From: an uncultured Flavobacteriaceae bacterium
GTDB lineage: Bacteria; Bacteroidota; Bacteroidia; Flavobacteriales; Flavobacteriaceae
DNA length: 57,487 bases
Assembly: GCA_965365245.1 (NCBI GenBank)
Contig: CBDUAY010000001.1
Coordinates: 1-57,487 of the forward strand
Direction of reading: 5' to 3'
Part shown: one piece after another, positions 39,829 to 48,807 of the stretch
Numbering within the stretch: position 1 is the first letter of the stretch
Layout of the letters: each line of letters opens with the position of its first letter
Notes under the pieces: generated by a model
Seen by the model: the letters and a program-made list of their open reading frames with translations, nothing else
What the model was told of the DNA's origin: nothing
Databases searched by the model: none
Translations under genes and position numbers: made by a program

Positions 39829-42414
39829 ATGAATTCACAGCCGAAATCAAAGAGGTTCAATCAGAACGTACTTACCAAATACCAGATCTTTAACAGCATT
39901 TTCATAACCCTGCCGTTTGACAACATCAGCAATACGGGGGTAATGATGCCCTTGTTGAACAATGAATGTAGAAAGGGTTTTGAAAAAGGCCGCACTCCAG
40001 TGGAAATATTGGACCACTTTTTCGCAAAATACCAGGAAGATGCCTCAGAACAGGACAAAATCGATTTGATGTTCAAGTTCATCCAGTACATTGAGAGGCA
40101 GGTAGTTCTCTTTGATGCCATTGAGGATGCGGCATTTCCAATCATGAACAACCTTGACGGAAAGGGCACCCTGAGAAATGTGAAAGAAGAGGCCTTCGCG
40201 CAAAACAAAAAAGAAGCCCTTCAAAACTTTTTGGACGAATTCAAGGTACGTGTTGTTCTTACGGCTCACCCGACACAATTTTATCCCGGCTCTGTTTTGG
40301 GAATCATTACCGATCTGACCACGGCCATTGAAGAAAATGATATCACCCTTATAAAAAAGCTGCTGGCACAACTCGGTATAACGCCTTTTCTGAAGACCGA
40401 AAAACCTACGCCCTATGATGAGGCGGTCAGTCTGATTTGGTACCTCGAAAACATTTTTTATCATTCTGCGAGCAGCATCTACAATTACATAGAAAGCAAT
40501 ATCTACGAAGACAAGGATGTCAATAATGAGTTCGTGAATCTCGGGTTCTGGCCCGGAGGGGATCGGGACGGCAATCCTTTTGTCACGACGGAGATTACGC
40601 TTCAAGTAGCGGATCGTCTTCGCCAGGCCATTTTGAGAAACTACTATCGCGATCTGAGAAAACTCCGCAGAAAACTCACCTTCAGAAAGGTGTCAGACAT
40701 TGTTCTGGATCTCGAGAGAAAGCTTTATCAGAGTTTTGTAGAACCTGACAAGATCATCATCGGTTTGGATGAATTCATGCAGAGCCTGTTGAGCATAAAG
40801 AAGCTTTTGATCGATGAGTATCAATCACTTTACTTGACCGAACTGAAAGACCTGATTCACAAGGTTCGGATTTTTGGCTTCCACTTTGCTACGCTGGACA
40901 TTCGCCAGGACAGCAGAATTCACCATGGTGTATTTGAAAAGATCACAGAGCATCTCTCTGTGAAGGAGCCCGGTGCATTTCCTGCTGACTATCAAACCAT
41001 GAGCGAGAAGGATCAGGTCAGCATCCTGGGTAGACTGTCTGTAACTGTCGACAAATCTTCCTTCGAAGATGAAATGGTCCAAAAAACATTGGGGTCCATG
41101 GAGGCAATCAAAGAAATTCAATATAAAAATGGTGAGAAGGGGGCAAACCGATATATCATCAGCAACAACCAAAGTGCCGTCAATGTGATGGAAGTTTTTG
41201 CCATGTTGAAGATGACCTGTTTTTCGGGGGAGCTTCCGGTAGACATCATTCCTCTTTTTGAAACCGTAGATGATTTGAAAAGGGCCTCAAAAGTGATGGA
41301 AATCCTATATGGGGATGAAATATACAGGGAGCACATTCGCGAACGAGGGAATCAGCAAACAATCATGCTGGGATTCTCAGACGGAACCAAAGACGGGGGC
41401 TACCTGATGGCAAACTGGTCCATTTTCAAGGCCAAGGAAGAACTCAGCAGGATCTCAAGAAAACACAACATTAAGGTAATTTTCTTTGACGGCCGTGGTG
41501 GTCCTCCTGCGCGTGGCGGAGGCAAGACCCATCAATTTTATGCGTCTTTGGGCCCTACCATTGAGAACCGGGAGATACAGCTCACCATCCAGGGGCAAAC
41601 CATCAGCTCTAACTTTGGAACCATTGATTCTTCCCAGTACAACCTGGAACAATTGATAAGCTCAGGAGTCAGCAATGATATTTTTGACGGTGGCCGTAAC
41701 CTGCTGACCGAAGAAGAGGTGTCACTGATGAACGACCTTGCAGAATACAGTTATCAGGCCTACAGCGATTTCAAGAGACACCCCAAGTTTCTATCCTACC
41801 TGGAGACAATGAGCACCTTGAAGTACTATGCAATGACCAATATCGGCAGTCGTCCTTCGAAACGAAAGAGTTCAGACACCCTTGATTTCAGCGACCTCAG
41901 AGCCATTCCCTTTGTAGGATCGTGGAGTCAGCTAAAACAAAATGTTCCAGGCTTTTTCGGAGTTGGCTCCGCCTTGCAGAAGTTCGAGGACGAGGGACGT
42001 TTTGAAGAAGCCGTTCGTTTTTACAACAGCTCTAAATTCTTCAAGAGTTTGATTGACAATAGCATGATGTCGATGAAAAAGTCCTTCTTCGATTTGACGC
42101 GCTACATGGAAAACGATCCGGAATTTGGAGAATTCTGGCGTTTGATATACGAAGAGTTCCTCAATTCAAAGAGACTTGTTTTGAAATTGGCGAATCAGAC
42201 TGAACTCATGCAGGACTACCCTGAGAGCAAGGCTTCCATCGAAGTCCGCGAGGAGATCGTACTTCCTCTTCTGACCATTCAGCAATACGCGTTGAAAAAA
42301 GTCAAGGACCTTGATGGAAATACTAAGGCAGAACAGTCCAAAAGAGCGGTTTATGAAAAGATCATTACAAGATCGCTGTTTGGTAATATCAATGCAAGCA
42401 GAAACTCAGCCTAA
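39829..42414 (+). CDS. ppc: Phosphoenolpyruvate carboxylase
   Basis: VLTAHPT, GGDRDGNP, PLFET, MLGFSDGTKDGG, GRGGPPARGGG, LRAIP; -7 box TAAATTTG 39803-39810 supports ATG at 39829. Confidence 0.96.
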   Translation: MNSQPKSKRFNQNVLTKYQIFNSIFITLPFDNISNTGVMMPLLNNECRKGFEKGRTPVEILDHFFAKYQEDASEQDKIDLMFKFIQYIERQVVLFDAIEDAAFPIMNNLDGKGTLRNVKEEAFAQNKKEALQNFLDEFKVRVVLTAHPTQFYPGSVLGIITDLTTAIEENDITLIKKLLAQLGITPFLKTEKPTPYDEAVSLIWYLENIFYHSASSIYNYIESNIYEDKDVNNEFVNLGFWPGGDRDGNPFVTTEITLQVADRLRQAILRNYYRDLRKLRRKLTFRKVSDIVLDLERKLYQSFVEPDKIIIGLDEFMQSLLSIKKLLIDEYQSLYLTELKDLIHKVRIFGFHFATLDIRQDSRIHHGVFEKITEHLSVKEPGAFPADYQTMSEKDQVSILGRLSVTVDKSSFEDEMVQKTLGSMEAIKEIQYKNGEKGANRYIISNNQSAVNVMEVFAMLKMTCFSGELPVDIIPLFETVDDLKRASKVMEILYGDEIYREHIRERGNQQTIMLGFSDGTKDGGYLMANWSIFKAKEELSRISRKHNIKVIFFDGRGGPPARGGGKTHQFYASLGPTIENREIQLTIQGQTISSNFGTIDSSQYNLEQLISSGVSNDIFDGGRNLLTEEEVSLMNDLAEYSYQAYSDFKRHPKFLSYLETMSTLKYYAMTNIGSRPSKRKSSDTLDFSDLRAIPFVGSWSQLKQNVPGFFGVGSALQKFEDEGRFEEAVRFYNSSKFFKSLIDNSMMSMKKSFFDLTRYMENDPEFGEFWRLIYEEFLNSKRLVLKLANQTELMQDYPESKASIEVREEIVLPLLTIQQYALKKVKDLDGNTKAEQSKRAVYEKIITRSLFGNINASRNSA

Positions 42415-42537
42415 GTTTTTGAACCTGTTTCATCCACTGAGATCAGAGCAAATGAAAACATCAATTCATAGGCAATAAACATCTGTCAACAAGCGTTATA
42501 GGTTTGATCCTTAACAATAACCTCTAACGTGGATGCT

Positions 42538-42930
42538 ATGAAGAAGATTGTTGCGAAGGGCGTTCTGTTTTGCTATGCCCTTGTTTTTATTTCCTGTACG
42601 ACCAACGACGTCAAAGAGATTTCCGGAACCATGCTATTCAATGATTTCGGGGACCATGAGTTCCATATCAACGCTGAAAACATCGAAGCAACTGTGACCA
42701 TTGCAGGTCCTAACAATGGAGAAGTTCGAGTCTTCGAAAATGTCAAACTTGACCGTACCTCAAACTACCATGCGAAAATTGGCGTGGAGACGATAGGAGC
42801 CACACGTTCCGAACTGAGAAACAACCTCGTTCTCATGTTTCAGGCGGATTCCGGAAGTCAAAGCAGCCAGGAACTGAATGATCTCAACGATCCGGGTTAT
42901 ATCAAAATTGACTGGAAAGGTTTAAACTGA
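42538..42930 (+). CDS. Hypothetical lipoprotein
   Basis: MKKIVAK + hydrophobic stretch + FISC lipobox; fills the ppc-smpB gap; no family recognised. Confidence 0.7.
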   Translation: MKKIVAKGVLFCYALVFISCTTNDVKEISGTMLFNDFGDHEFHINAENIEATVTIAGPNNGEVRVFENVKLDRTSNYHAKIGVETIGATRSELRNNLVLMFQADSGSQSSQELNDLNDPGYIKIDWKGLN

Positions 42931-42965
42931 GTGGGTGCACAAGAAAGTTTTATTAGCTTTGCCCC

Positions 42966-43424
42966 ATGCAAAAACCGATAAACATCCAGAATAAAAAAGC
43001 GCGTCATGAATACGAAATTCTGGATACCTACATCGCGGGCATCAAACTTACGGGTACCGAGATCAAATCCGTCCGGGAGAGCAAGGCTCGAATCACTGAA
43101 AGCTTTTGTGAATTCAATGACCGGGGCGAACTTTTTGTCGTGAACATGTTCATTGAAGAATACAGCCACGGAAGCTTTTACAATCACGCTTCAAAGGGAG
43201 CCAGAAAGCTCCTTCTGAACAAAAACGAGCTAAAAAAGTTAAAAAAGGAAGTTCAAAATGTAGGCCTTACCATAATTCCCTTGAAATTGTTTATCACGGA
43301 CAAAGGTTGGGCTAAATTGAAGATTGCTTTGTGCAAAGGAAAGAAACTCTACGACAAAAGGCAGGTGCTCAAAGACAGGGAGCAGAAGAGATCCCTGGAC
43401 AGGTTAAAGAAAAGCTATAAATGA
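42966..43424 (+). CDS. smpB: SsrA-binding protein
   Basis: NKKARHEY, AGIKLTGTEIKS, RKLLL, GKKLYDKR. Confidence 0.97.
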   Translation: MQKPINIQNKKARHEYEILDTYIAGIKLTGTEIKSVRESKARITESFCEFNDRGELFVVNMFIEEYSHGSFYNHASKGARKLLLNKNELKKLKKEVQNVGLTIIPLKLFITDKGWAKLKIALCKGKKLYDKRQVLKDREQKRSLDRLKKSYK

Positions 43425-44335
43425 CCCCTAAGGATTTTTTGAATTTCATTCGCTGGAAGAATGTCATCATGATCGGCACTCTCCTTTTTCTGATCAAGTA
43501 TGTTTTGTTTGAGCGCTTCGAACTGAACGTCACCCTTGATCACTTTCATTATGTTTTATTGGTCGTTTCAACCGTCTGCATTGCAGTGGCAGGTTACATC
43601 ATCAACGATATAAATGACATTGAAGCTGACCGGATCAACAAACCAAAACGCCTTTTTGTCGGAAATAAAATTTCAAGGACCCGTGCCTACAACCTTTTTA
43701 TCGGTTTCAACTCGATTGGACTGCTCGCAGGGATGTATCTCTCCTATCACGTAGGTCATACTTCCTATTTCATCATCTACGTGCTTACCTCACTCCTGCT
43801 CTATCAGTACGCGAAATACATCAAGAAGAAACTTTTAATCGGAAACCTGTTGGTGGCATTTGCCGTTTTTTTGAGCATTGTGCTTCCCCTTGTATTTGAC
43901 TTGCTGCCGGTCACTAATCCCTTGAATGAATCCAGACAATTGGTAGTGTTCAAGCTCATAAGTGTTCTTGCCCTTTTTGGGTTTTTCATGACAGTCATCC
44001 GTGAAATTGTTAAAGACATCGAAGATGTAAAAGGCGACAGGAAGATTGGTGCCCGGTCTCTGCCCATTGTGATTGGCGTTCAAAAAACAAAAGGCATCGT
44101 GCTGGCAACAAGCCTGGTTTTGAGTGCTGCAGTTGCTTTTTTTGCTGTCATGCTGATGAGTTTTGATCGAATCGCAACCATTTATTTGAGTATTTTTGTG
44201 TTGGCTCCACTGCTGTATTTCATGTTTTATCTCTGGAAGGCAAAGAGTCAAAATGAATTGCATCGAAGCAGTGGCCTCCTTAAAATCGTCATGCTGCTAG
44301 GAATCTTAACACTACTCCTGATAAAAAGTGCTTGA
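43421..44335 (+). CDS. UbiA-superfamily prenyltransferase (DGGGP-synthase-like)
   Basis: GYIINDINDIEADRINKP and REIVKDIEDVKGD Asp-rich motifs; multiple TMs. Confidence 0.88.
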   Translation: MTPKDFLNFIRWKNVIMIGTLLFLIKYVLFERFELNVTLDHFHYVLLVVSTVCIAVAGYIINDINDIEADRINKPKRLFVGNKISRTRAYNLFIGFNSIGLLAGMYLSYHVGHTSYFIIYVLTSLLLYQYAKYIKKKLLIGNLLVAFAVFLSIVLPLVFDLLPVTNPLNESRQLVVFKLISVLALFGFFMTVIREIVKDIEDVKGDRKIGARSLPIVIGVQKTKGIVLATSLVLSAAVAFFAVMLMSFDRIATIYLSIFVLAPLLYFMFYLWKAKSQNELHRSSGLLKIVMLLGILTLLLIKSA

Positions 44336-44909
44336 AGGCAATCTGAAAGACAAAAATCTCATACTCGCCTCGGGATCCCCGAGGAGAAAATTCTTTCTTG
44401 AAGAGCTGGGCCTTGATTTTGAAGTCAGGCTCAAACCCATTGAAGAGAATTTTCCTTCAGCACTCAAAGGTCATGAGATCAGTGACTATCTCGCGATCGC
44501 AAAAGCTGAGCCCTTTCTTAATGAGCTGCGCCCAAACGATGTTTTGATCACGGCAGACACCATTGTCTGGTGCAACAATGAAGCCCTGAACAAACCGGAA
44601 AACAAAGAACATGCCAGCAGCATGCTTACAAAGTTATCGGGCGTAGAACATGAGGTAATCAGCTCGGTGGCAATTACAACCTCTTCAAAGCAGGAGATCG
44701 TGAACGAATCAACTTTGGTCAAATTCAAAGAGCTTGAACCTGAGGAAATCGATTACTACATCGAGAACTACAGACCATATGACAAAGCCGGTAGTTATGG
44801 CATACAGGAGTGGATAGGTTATATCGGCATAGAATGGATCCGTGGAAGTTATTTCAACGTCATGGGATTTCCTGTTCAGAAGTTTTATGAGAGCATCCGA
44901 AAACTTTGA
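44328..44909 (+). CDS. maf: Maf-family nucleoside-triphosphate pyrophosphatase
   Basis: ILASGSPRR, TADTIV, DKAGSYGIQ, NVMG. Confidence 0.95.
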   Translation: MLEGNLKDKNLILASGSPRRKFFLEELGLDFEVRLKPIEENFPSALKGHEISDYLAIAKAEPFLNELRPNDVLITADTIVWCNNEALNKPENKEHASSMLTKLSGVEHEVISSVAITTSSKQEIVNESTLVKFKELEPEEIDYYIENYRPYDKAGSYGIQEWIGYIGIEWIRGSYFNVMGFPVQKFYESIRKL

Positions 44910-44976
44910 CATTAATTGCTATTTTTGCCCTGCCTGTTAAGAAAGGAGTTTCTGGGCATTCAGATAATACGGGAAA

Positions 44977-45930
44977 ATGAAAAAATACACCTTTACAGAG
45001 AAAAAAGACACGCGCTCCGGATTTGGAGCCGGATTGACTGAACTGGGCAGAACCAATGACAAAGTTGTTGCCTTATGCGCTGACCTTGTGGGATCACTCA
45101 AAATGGACCAATTCATCAAAGAGAACCCCGAACGGTTTTTCCAGGTGGGCATTGCCGAGGCAAATATGATGGGCATTGCAGCCGGTCTGTCGATTGGAGG
45201 CAAAATACCTTTTACAGGAACCTTTGCCAATTTCTCGACTTCCAGAGTTTATGACCAGGTAAGGCAATCGATTGCCTATTCAGGGAAAAATGTGAAAATC
45301 TGTGCTTCCCACGCAGGATTGACCCTTGGTGAAGACGGGGCCACGCATCAAACGCTTGAAGACATCGGAATGATGAAAATGCTGCCTGGCATGGTGGTCA
45401 TCAATCCTTGTGATTATAATCAAACGAAAGCGGCGACTTTGGCCATCGCTGAACATGAAGGTCCTGTCTACCTTCGCTTTGGGCGCCCGGCCGTACCGGT
45501 GTTCACTCCGGAAGACCAGGAATTTGAAATTGGAAAAGCCATTCGCTTCACAGAAGGATCGGACGTCACGATCATCGCAACGGGTCATCTCGTTTGGGAA
45601 TCTCTTCAGGCAGCCGAAAAGCTTGAAGAAGAAGGCATCAGTGCCGAAGTCATCAATATACATACGATTAAACCTCTTGATGAGGCAGCAATATTGGAAT
45701 CCGTCAAAAAAACAGGTTGCGTGGTAACGGCAGAAGAGCATAATGTTCTCGGAGGGCTGGGAGAAAGCGTCGCTAGAACGTTGGCTGAAAATCACCCCGT
45801 ACCGCAGGAGTTCGTTGCAGTCAATGACAAGTTTGGTGAATCCGGTACCCCTGCTCAACTCATGGAAAAGTATAAACTCAACGACCAGGCTGTTCAGGCC
45901 GCGGTGAAAAAAGTGCTTCTACGGAAATAA
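44977..45930 (+). CDS. Transketolase, C-terminal subunit
   Basis: GIAEANM, GEDGATHQ, GPVYLRF, TIKPLD, AEEH; own -7 box TATTTTTG 44920-44927. Confidence 0.95.
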   Translation: MKKYTFTEKKDTRSGFGAGLTELGRTNDKVVALCADLVGSLKMDQFIKENPERFFQVGIAEANMMGIAAGLSIGGKIPFTGTFANFSTSRVYDQVRQSIAYSGKNVKICASHAGLTLGEDGATHQTLEDIGMMKMLPGMVVINPCDYNQTKAATLAIAEHEGPVYLRFGRPAVPVFTPEDQEFEIGKAIRFTEGSDVTIIATGHLVWESLQAAEKLEEEGISAEVINIHTIKPLDEAAILESVKKTGCVVTAEEHNVLGGLGESVARTLAENHPVPQEFVAVNDKFGESGTPAQLMEKYKLNDQAVQAAVKKVLLRK

Positions 45931-45960
45931 TCCCTATTTTTGTTAGAAAAGCACTTAACT

Positions 45961-46602
45961 ATGAAAAAACTCTTCTTTCTGGTTGCTCTTTTCGGAGGGC
46001 TGCTTCTCGGTCAGGCCCAATTTCTGAATTGGGGCGTCAAAGGCGGTATCAATTACAATTCCAACGGTGATCTTCGTGCGACGGACTTTTCAAATCTGGC
46101 TGAGATAGGATCTGGAGAAGAAACCGGATATCATTTGGGTTTGTTGGCTGAGATCAAGCTCCCACTCTTTCTTTACATTCGACCCGAATTGATCTACACC
46201 CATACAGAAAGCAGCTATGAGAGCGAGGGGGATCGAACCCGATTGAAAATGGACAAGATTGAGGCCCCCGTGTTAGTCGGATTCAGAGTGCTCAGGATCG
46301 GTCGTTTCTTTTTTGGCCCTTCTTTCCAATATATCATCAATACGGACCTGTCGCCCACAGAGAACCTGGATAAGATCAGAAAACTGGACTCTGATGACTT
46401 CACGGTCTCGGGTCAGATAGGTTTGGGAGTCAATTTGGGTCGGTTTGGTGCCGATGTGAGATGGGAAACAGGCTTTACCGATAGTGAGGCCGATTTCATC
46501 GGCAATGCATTTGACGGCGACACCCCTGTAGCCCTGAATGTTGACACCTCACATCAACAGTTCATCCTGAGTTTCTATTGGAAATTCGGTAAAGCCAAAT
46601 AA
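45961..46602 (+). CDS. Small outer-membrane beta-barrel (porin-family) protein
   Basis: Signal peptide, WGVKGGIN first strand, IRPELIY, terminal strand ILSFYWKF. Confidence 0.85.
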   Translation: MKKLFFLVALFGGLLLGQAQFLNWGVKGGINYNSNGDLRATDFSNLAEIGSGEETGYHLGLLAEIKLPLFLYIRPELIYTHTESSYESEGDRTRLKMDKIEAPVLVGFRVLRIGRFFFGPSFQYIINTDLSPTENLDKIRKLDSDDFTVSGQIGLGVNLGRFGADVRWETGFTDSEADFIGNAFDGDTPVALNVDTSHQQFILSFYWKFGKAK

Positions 46603-46661
46603 AGATGGGTTCCCTGTCTTTTACGAAGAATAAACATCGACAATCAAATTCATCTTATGTT

Positions 46662-47156
46662 ATGAAACATTTTTTCTTTTTTCTGATTGCTGCAGCTCTT
46701 TTGATGAGTTGCGATCAGCAAAATAAACACAAGGAGAATGTAGCTTTAATTGAAAAGTATGTCCAGGCCGTAGAGGAATTGGACTATGAATCGATTGAGA
46801 ACCTCCTGGACGAGAGCTACCTTGGTTTGGGCCCTTCAATTGGCGATTCGATTCGTAAAACTGAAGTAATCGAAACTCTGAAAATTAATTTCGAGCATCT
46901 TTATGAAAATATAGATTACGACAGATCGAGGAGCATCGCGGTTACCGTCCCAAGTGGGATTGAAAAAGGAGAATGGGTTTCCACGTGGGCTGAATTGACA
47001 ATTACCTATAAAGAAGATCAAAACCGGGTCCGTTTGTGGACGAACTCCATCTACCAGATTGAAAATGGAAAAATCATCAAGAGTTACACCTTTTACAACG
47101 AGGCCGATGCGATGGAACAGCTGGGTTATGTCTTTATCAATCCTGATGACCTTTAA
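46662..47156 (+). CDS. NTF2/SnoaL-like lipoprotein
   Basis: Lipobox LMSC; helix then beta meander ending YQIENGKI. Confidence 0.75.
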   Translation: MKHFFFFLIAAALLMSCDQQNKHKENVALIEKYVQAVEELDYESIENLLDESYLGLGPSIGDSIRKTEVIETLKINFEHLYENIDYDRSRSIAVTVPSGIEKGEWVSTWAELTITYKEDQNRVRLWTNSIYQIENGKIIKSYTFYNEADAMEQLGYVFINPDDL

Positions 47157-47228
47157 AGAGCATCCACCAGAATTTCTCAATTCACGCGTCTAGTCAGTTC
47201 TCAGTAGAAAAACACAAACAATATCCAA

Positions 47229-47735
47229 ATGAAAAATACTATAAACATCAGCATTCTTTCCTTTGTTCTTTTAAGTTTCGGCGTTTGCAACCTTCAGGCT
47301 CAAAGCTCGAGCATTTCGCGAAGCCTGGGGCTTTATGTTTTTCCAGCCGAAGGCCAGGATGCAGCACAACAGGATGCGGATGAAACCGAATGCTTCAAAT
47401 GGGCCAAGCAGCAATCGGGATATGACCCCATGAATCCAACGGTGGCTGTAGCCCAGGATGTGGATCGATCGCCGGATGGAAGAGCCATAGGAGGAGCAGC
47501 GAGAGGTGCTGCTGGTGGAGCCGCCATTGGAGCAATTGCAGGTGATGCAGGAACAGGAGCGGCCATTGGAGCAGTTGTAGGAGGTGTTCGCGGAAGAAGA
47601 TCAAAAGTGGTCGGTGATGAAATGCAGCAACAAGCCAACAACCAGGCAGCAGCAGCCGAGACCAAACGACTGGCACAGGATTACAACAAGGCTTTCACCG
47701 CTTGTATGGAAGGAAAAGGTTACAAGGTCCAATAG
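47229..47735 (+). CDS. Secreted glycine-zipper protein
   Basis: Signal peptide; GAARGAAGGAAIGAIAGDAGTGAAIGAVVGG flanked by Cys motifs ECFKWA and ACMEGKGY. Confidence 0.85.
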   Translation: MKNTINISILSFVLLSFGVCNLQAQSSSISRSLGLYVFPAEGQDAAQQDADETECFKWAKQQSGYDPMNPTVAVAQDVDRSPDGRAIGGAARGAAGGAAIGAIAGDAGTGAAIGAVVGGVRGRRSKVVGDEMQQQANNQAAAAETKRLAQDYNKAFTACMEGKGYKVQ

Positions 47736-47770
47736 GAATTTTTTAGTTTACATCATTTGTAAAAATCACT

Positions 47771-48565
47771 ATGAAAAAGTTATTATTTGCTATTCTTTTC
47801 CTCTTCATTGGATTTTCGATGCAATCACAGGTGCTTATTGCACTTCTTTTAGGAGATAAGCTCAATACAGGCAAGATCGAATTCGGACTCGATGGAGGAT
47901 TGAATTTTGCAACTATTGACGGGATGGAATCCAATACCTGGACGCGTAACTTAAATCTTGGCTTTTATTTTGATATCCGCATGAAGGAACAATGGTTCCT
48001 CAATACCGGTGTGCTGGTCAAATCAAATTTTGGCTTGGATGACCTAACCGATGCCGACCTCGAATTTCTCGACGCCACCACCTATGATACGGAAGGAGAA
48101 TACAGGCAGAAAATAAGTTATTTCATGGTGCCGGCCCTGGCAAAGTACAAGTTTGACAACAACATGTACGTTGAAATCGGGCCTCAGTTCGGACTCATGT
48201 ACGATGCTTACATCGAGTTTAACTCGGAAATTGACGGGAACTCCGCAAGGATTCGTGAGAAGAACAAAGATGCGATCAATCGATTCGACATGGGAGTCTC
48301 TGCAGGTGTCGGCTATAGACTTCTAAAAGGTATGGGGTGGACCCTCGGGGCCCGATATTATTACGGTTTACTGAACGTTTACAAAGAACGATCGGGAACC
48401 AATGTCAATTCTCTTTTCCTGAAACTAAATGTGCCGATAGGCTTAAGTGTAGAAAAAAAGGACCAGATCAGAGATCTCAAGGCAGAAAAGAAAAGTAAGA
48501 AGGCTGAAAAGAAGAAAGCTAAAAAAGAAGCAAAACAGAAAAAAAAGAATAGCTCTTCTCAATGA
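47771..48565 (+). CDS. Outer-membrane beta-barrel (porin-family) protein with Lys-rich C-terminal tail
   Basis: Signal peptide, FGLDGGLN, amphipathic strands, GARYYYGL; last 40 aa contain 16 Lys. Confidence 0.8.
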   Translation: MKKLLFAILFLFIGFSMQSQVLIALLLGDKLNTGKIEFGLDGGLNFATIDGMESNTWTRNLNLGFYFDIRMKEQWFLNTGVLVKSNFGLDDLTDADLEFLDATTYDTEGEYRQKISYFMVPALAKYKFDNNMYVEIGPQFGLMYDAYIEFNSEIDGNSARIREKNKDAINRFDMGVSAGVGYRLLKGMGWTLGARYYYGLLNVYKERSGTNVNSLFLKLNVPIGLSVEKKDQIRDLKAEKKSKKAEKKKAKKEAKQKKKNSSSQ

Positions 48566-48768
48566 GCTGCTACTGGAAAATGACCTGAGACTGGGATTAG
48601 GAAATGCCTTTGATTATAGAAATCCCCTGCCACCAGCAACCTTGCGATTTGGGTGGGAACACCTTGAGCCAAAATTAGCTTAGAAATGAGCGCCGAAATG
48701 TAACTCATTGAAGGCCCTACTCCACTTATTTATCGCTCTTACACTATTGCTGCCCTGTCATAATTTCT

Positions 48769-48776
48769 TAATTTTG
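48769..48776 (+). promoter_or_regulatory. Bacteroidota -7 promoter box for the sensor-Schlafen gene
   Basis: TAATTTTG 32 nt upstream of ATG 48808. Confidence 0.5.
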
Positions 48777-48807
48777 AGCAACACCTGTATCAGGGTTAAC
48801 TCTAAGT

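Noticed and set aside
39829-42414. Degenerate PEP carboxylase (GFSD, FDGRGG, terminal RNSA instead of GYSD, FHGRGG, RNTG)
   Set aside because: These variants match the Bacteroidota form as I recall it; the frame is full length with catalytic His, Lys and Arg motifs.
42415-43424. tmRNA gene or prophage attachment site near smpB
   Set aside because: No tRNA-like ends or tag frame seen; smpB overlaps the next gene directly.
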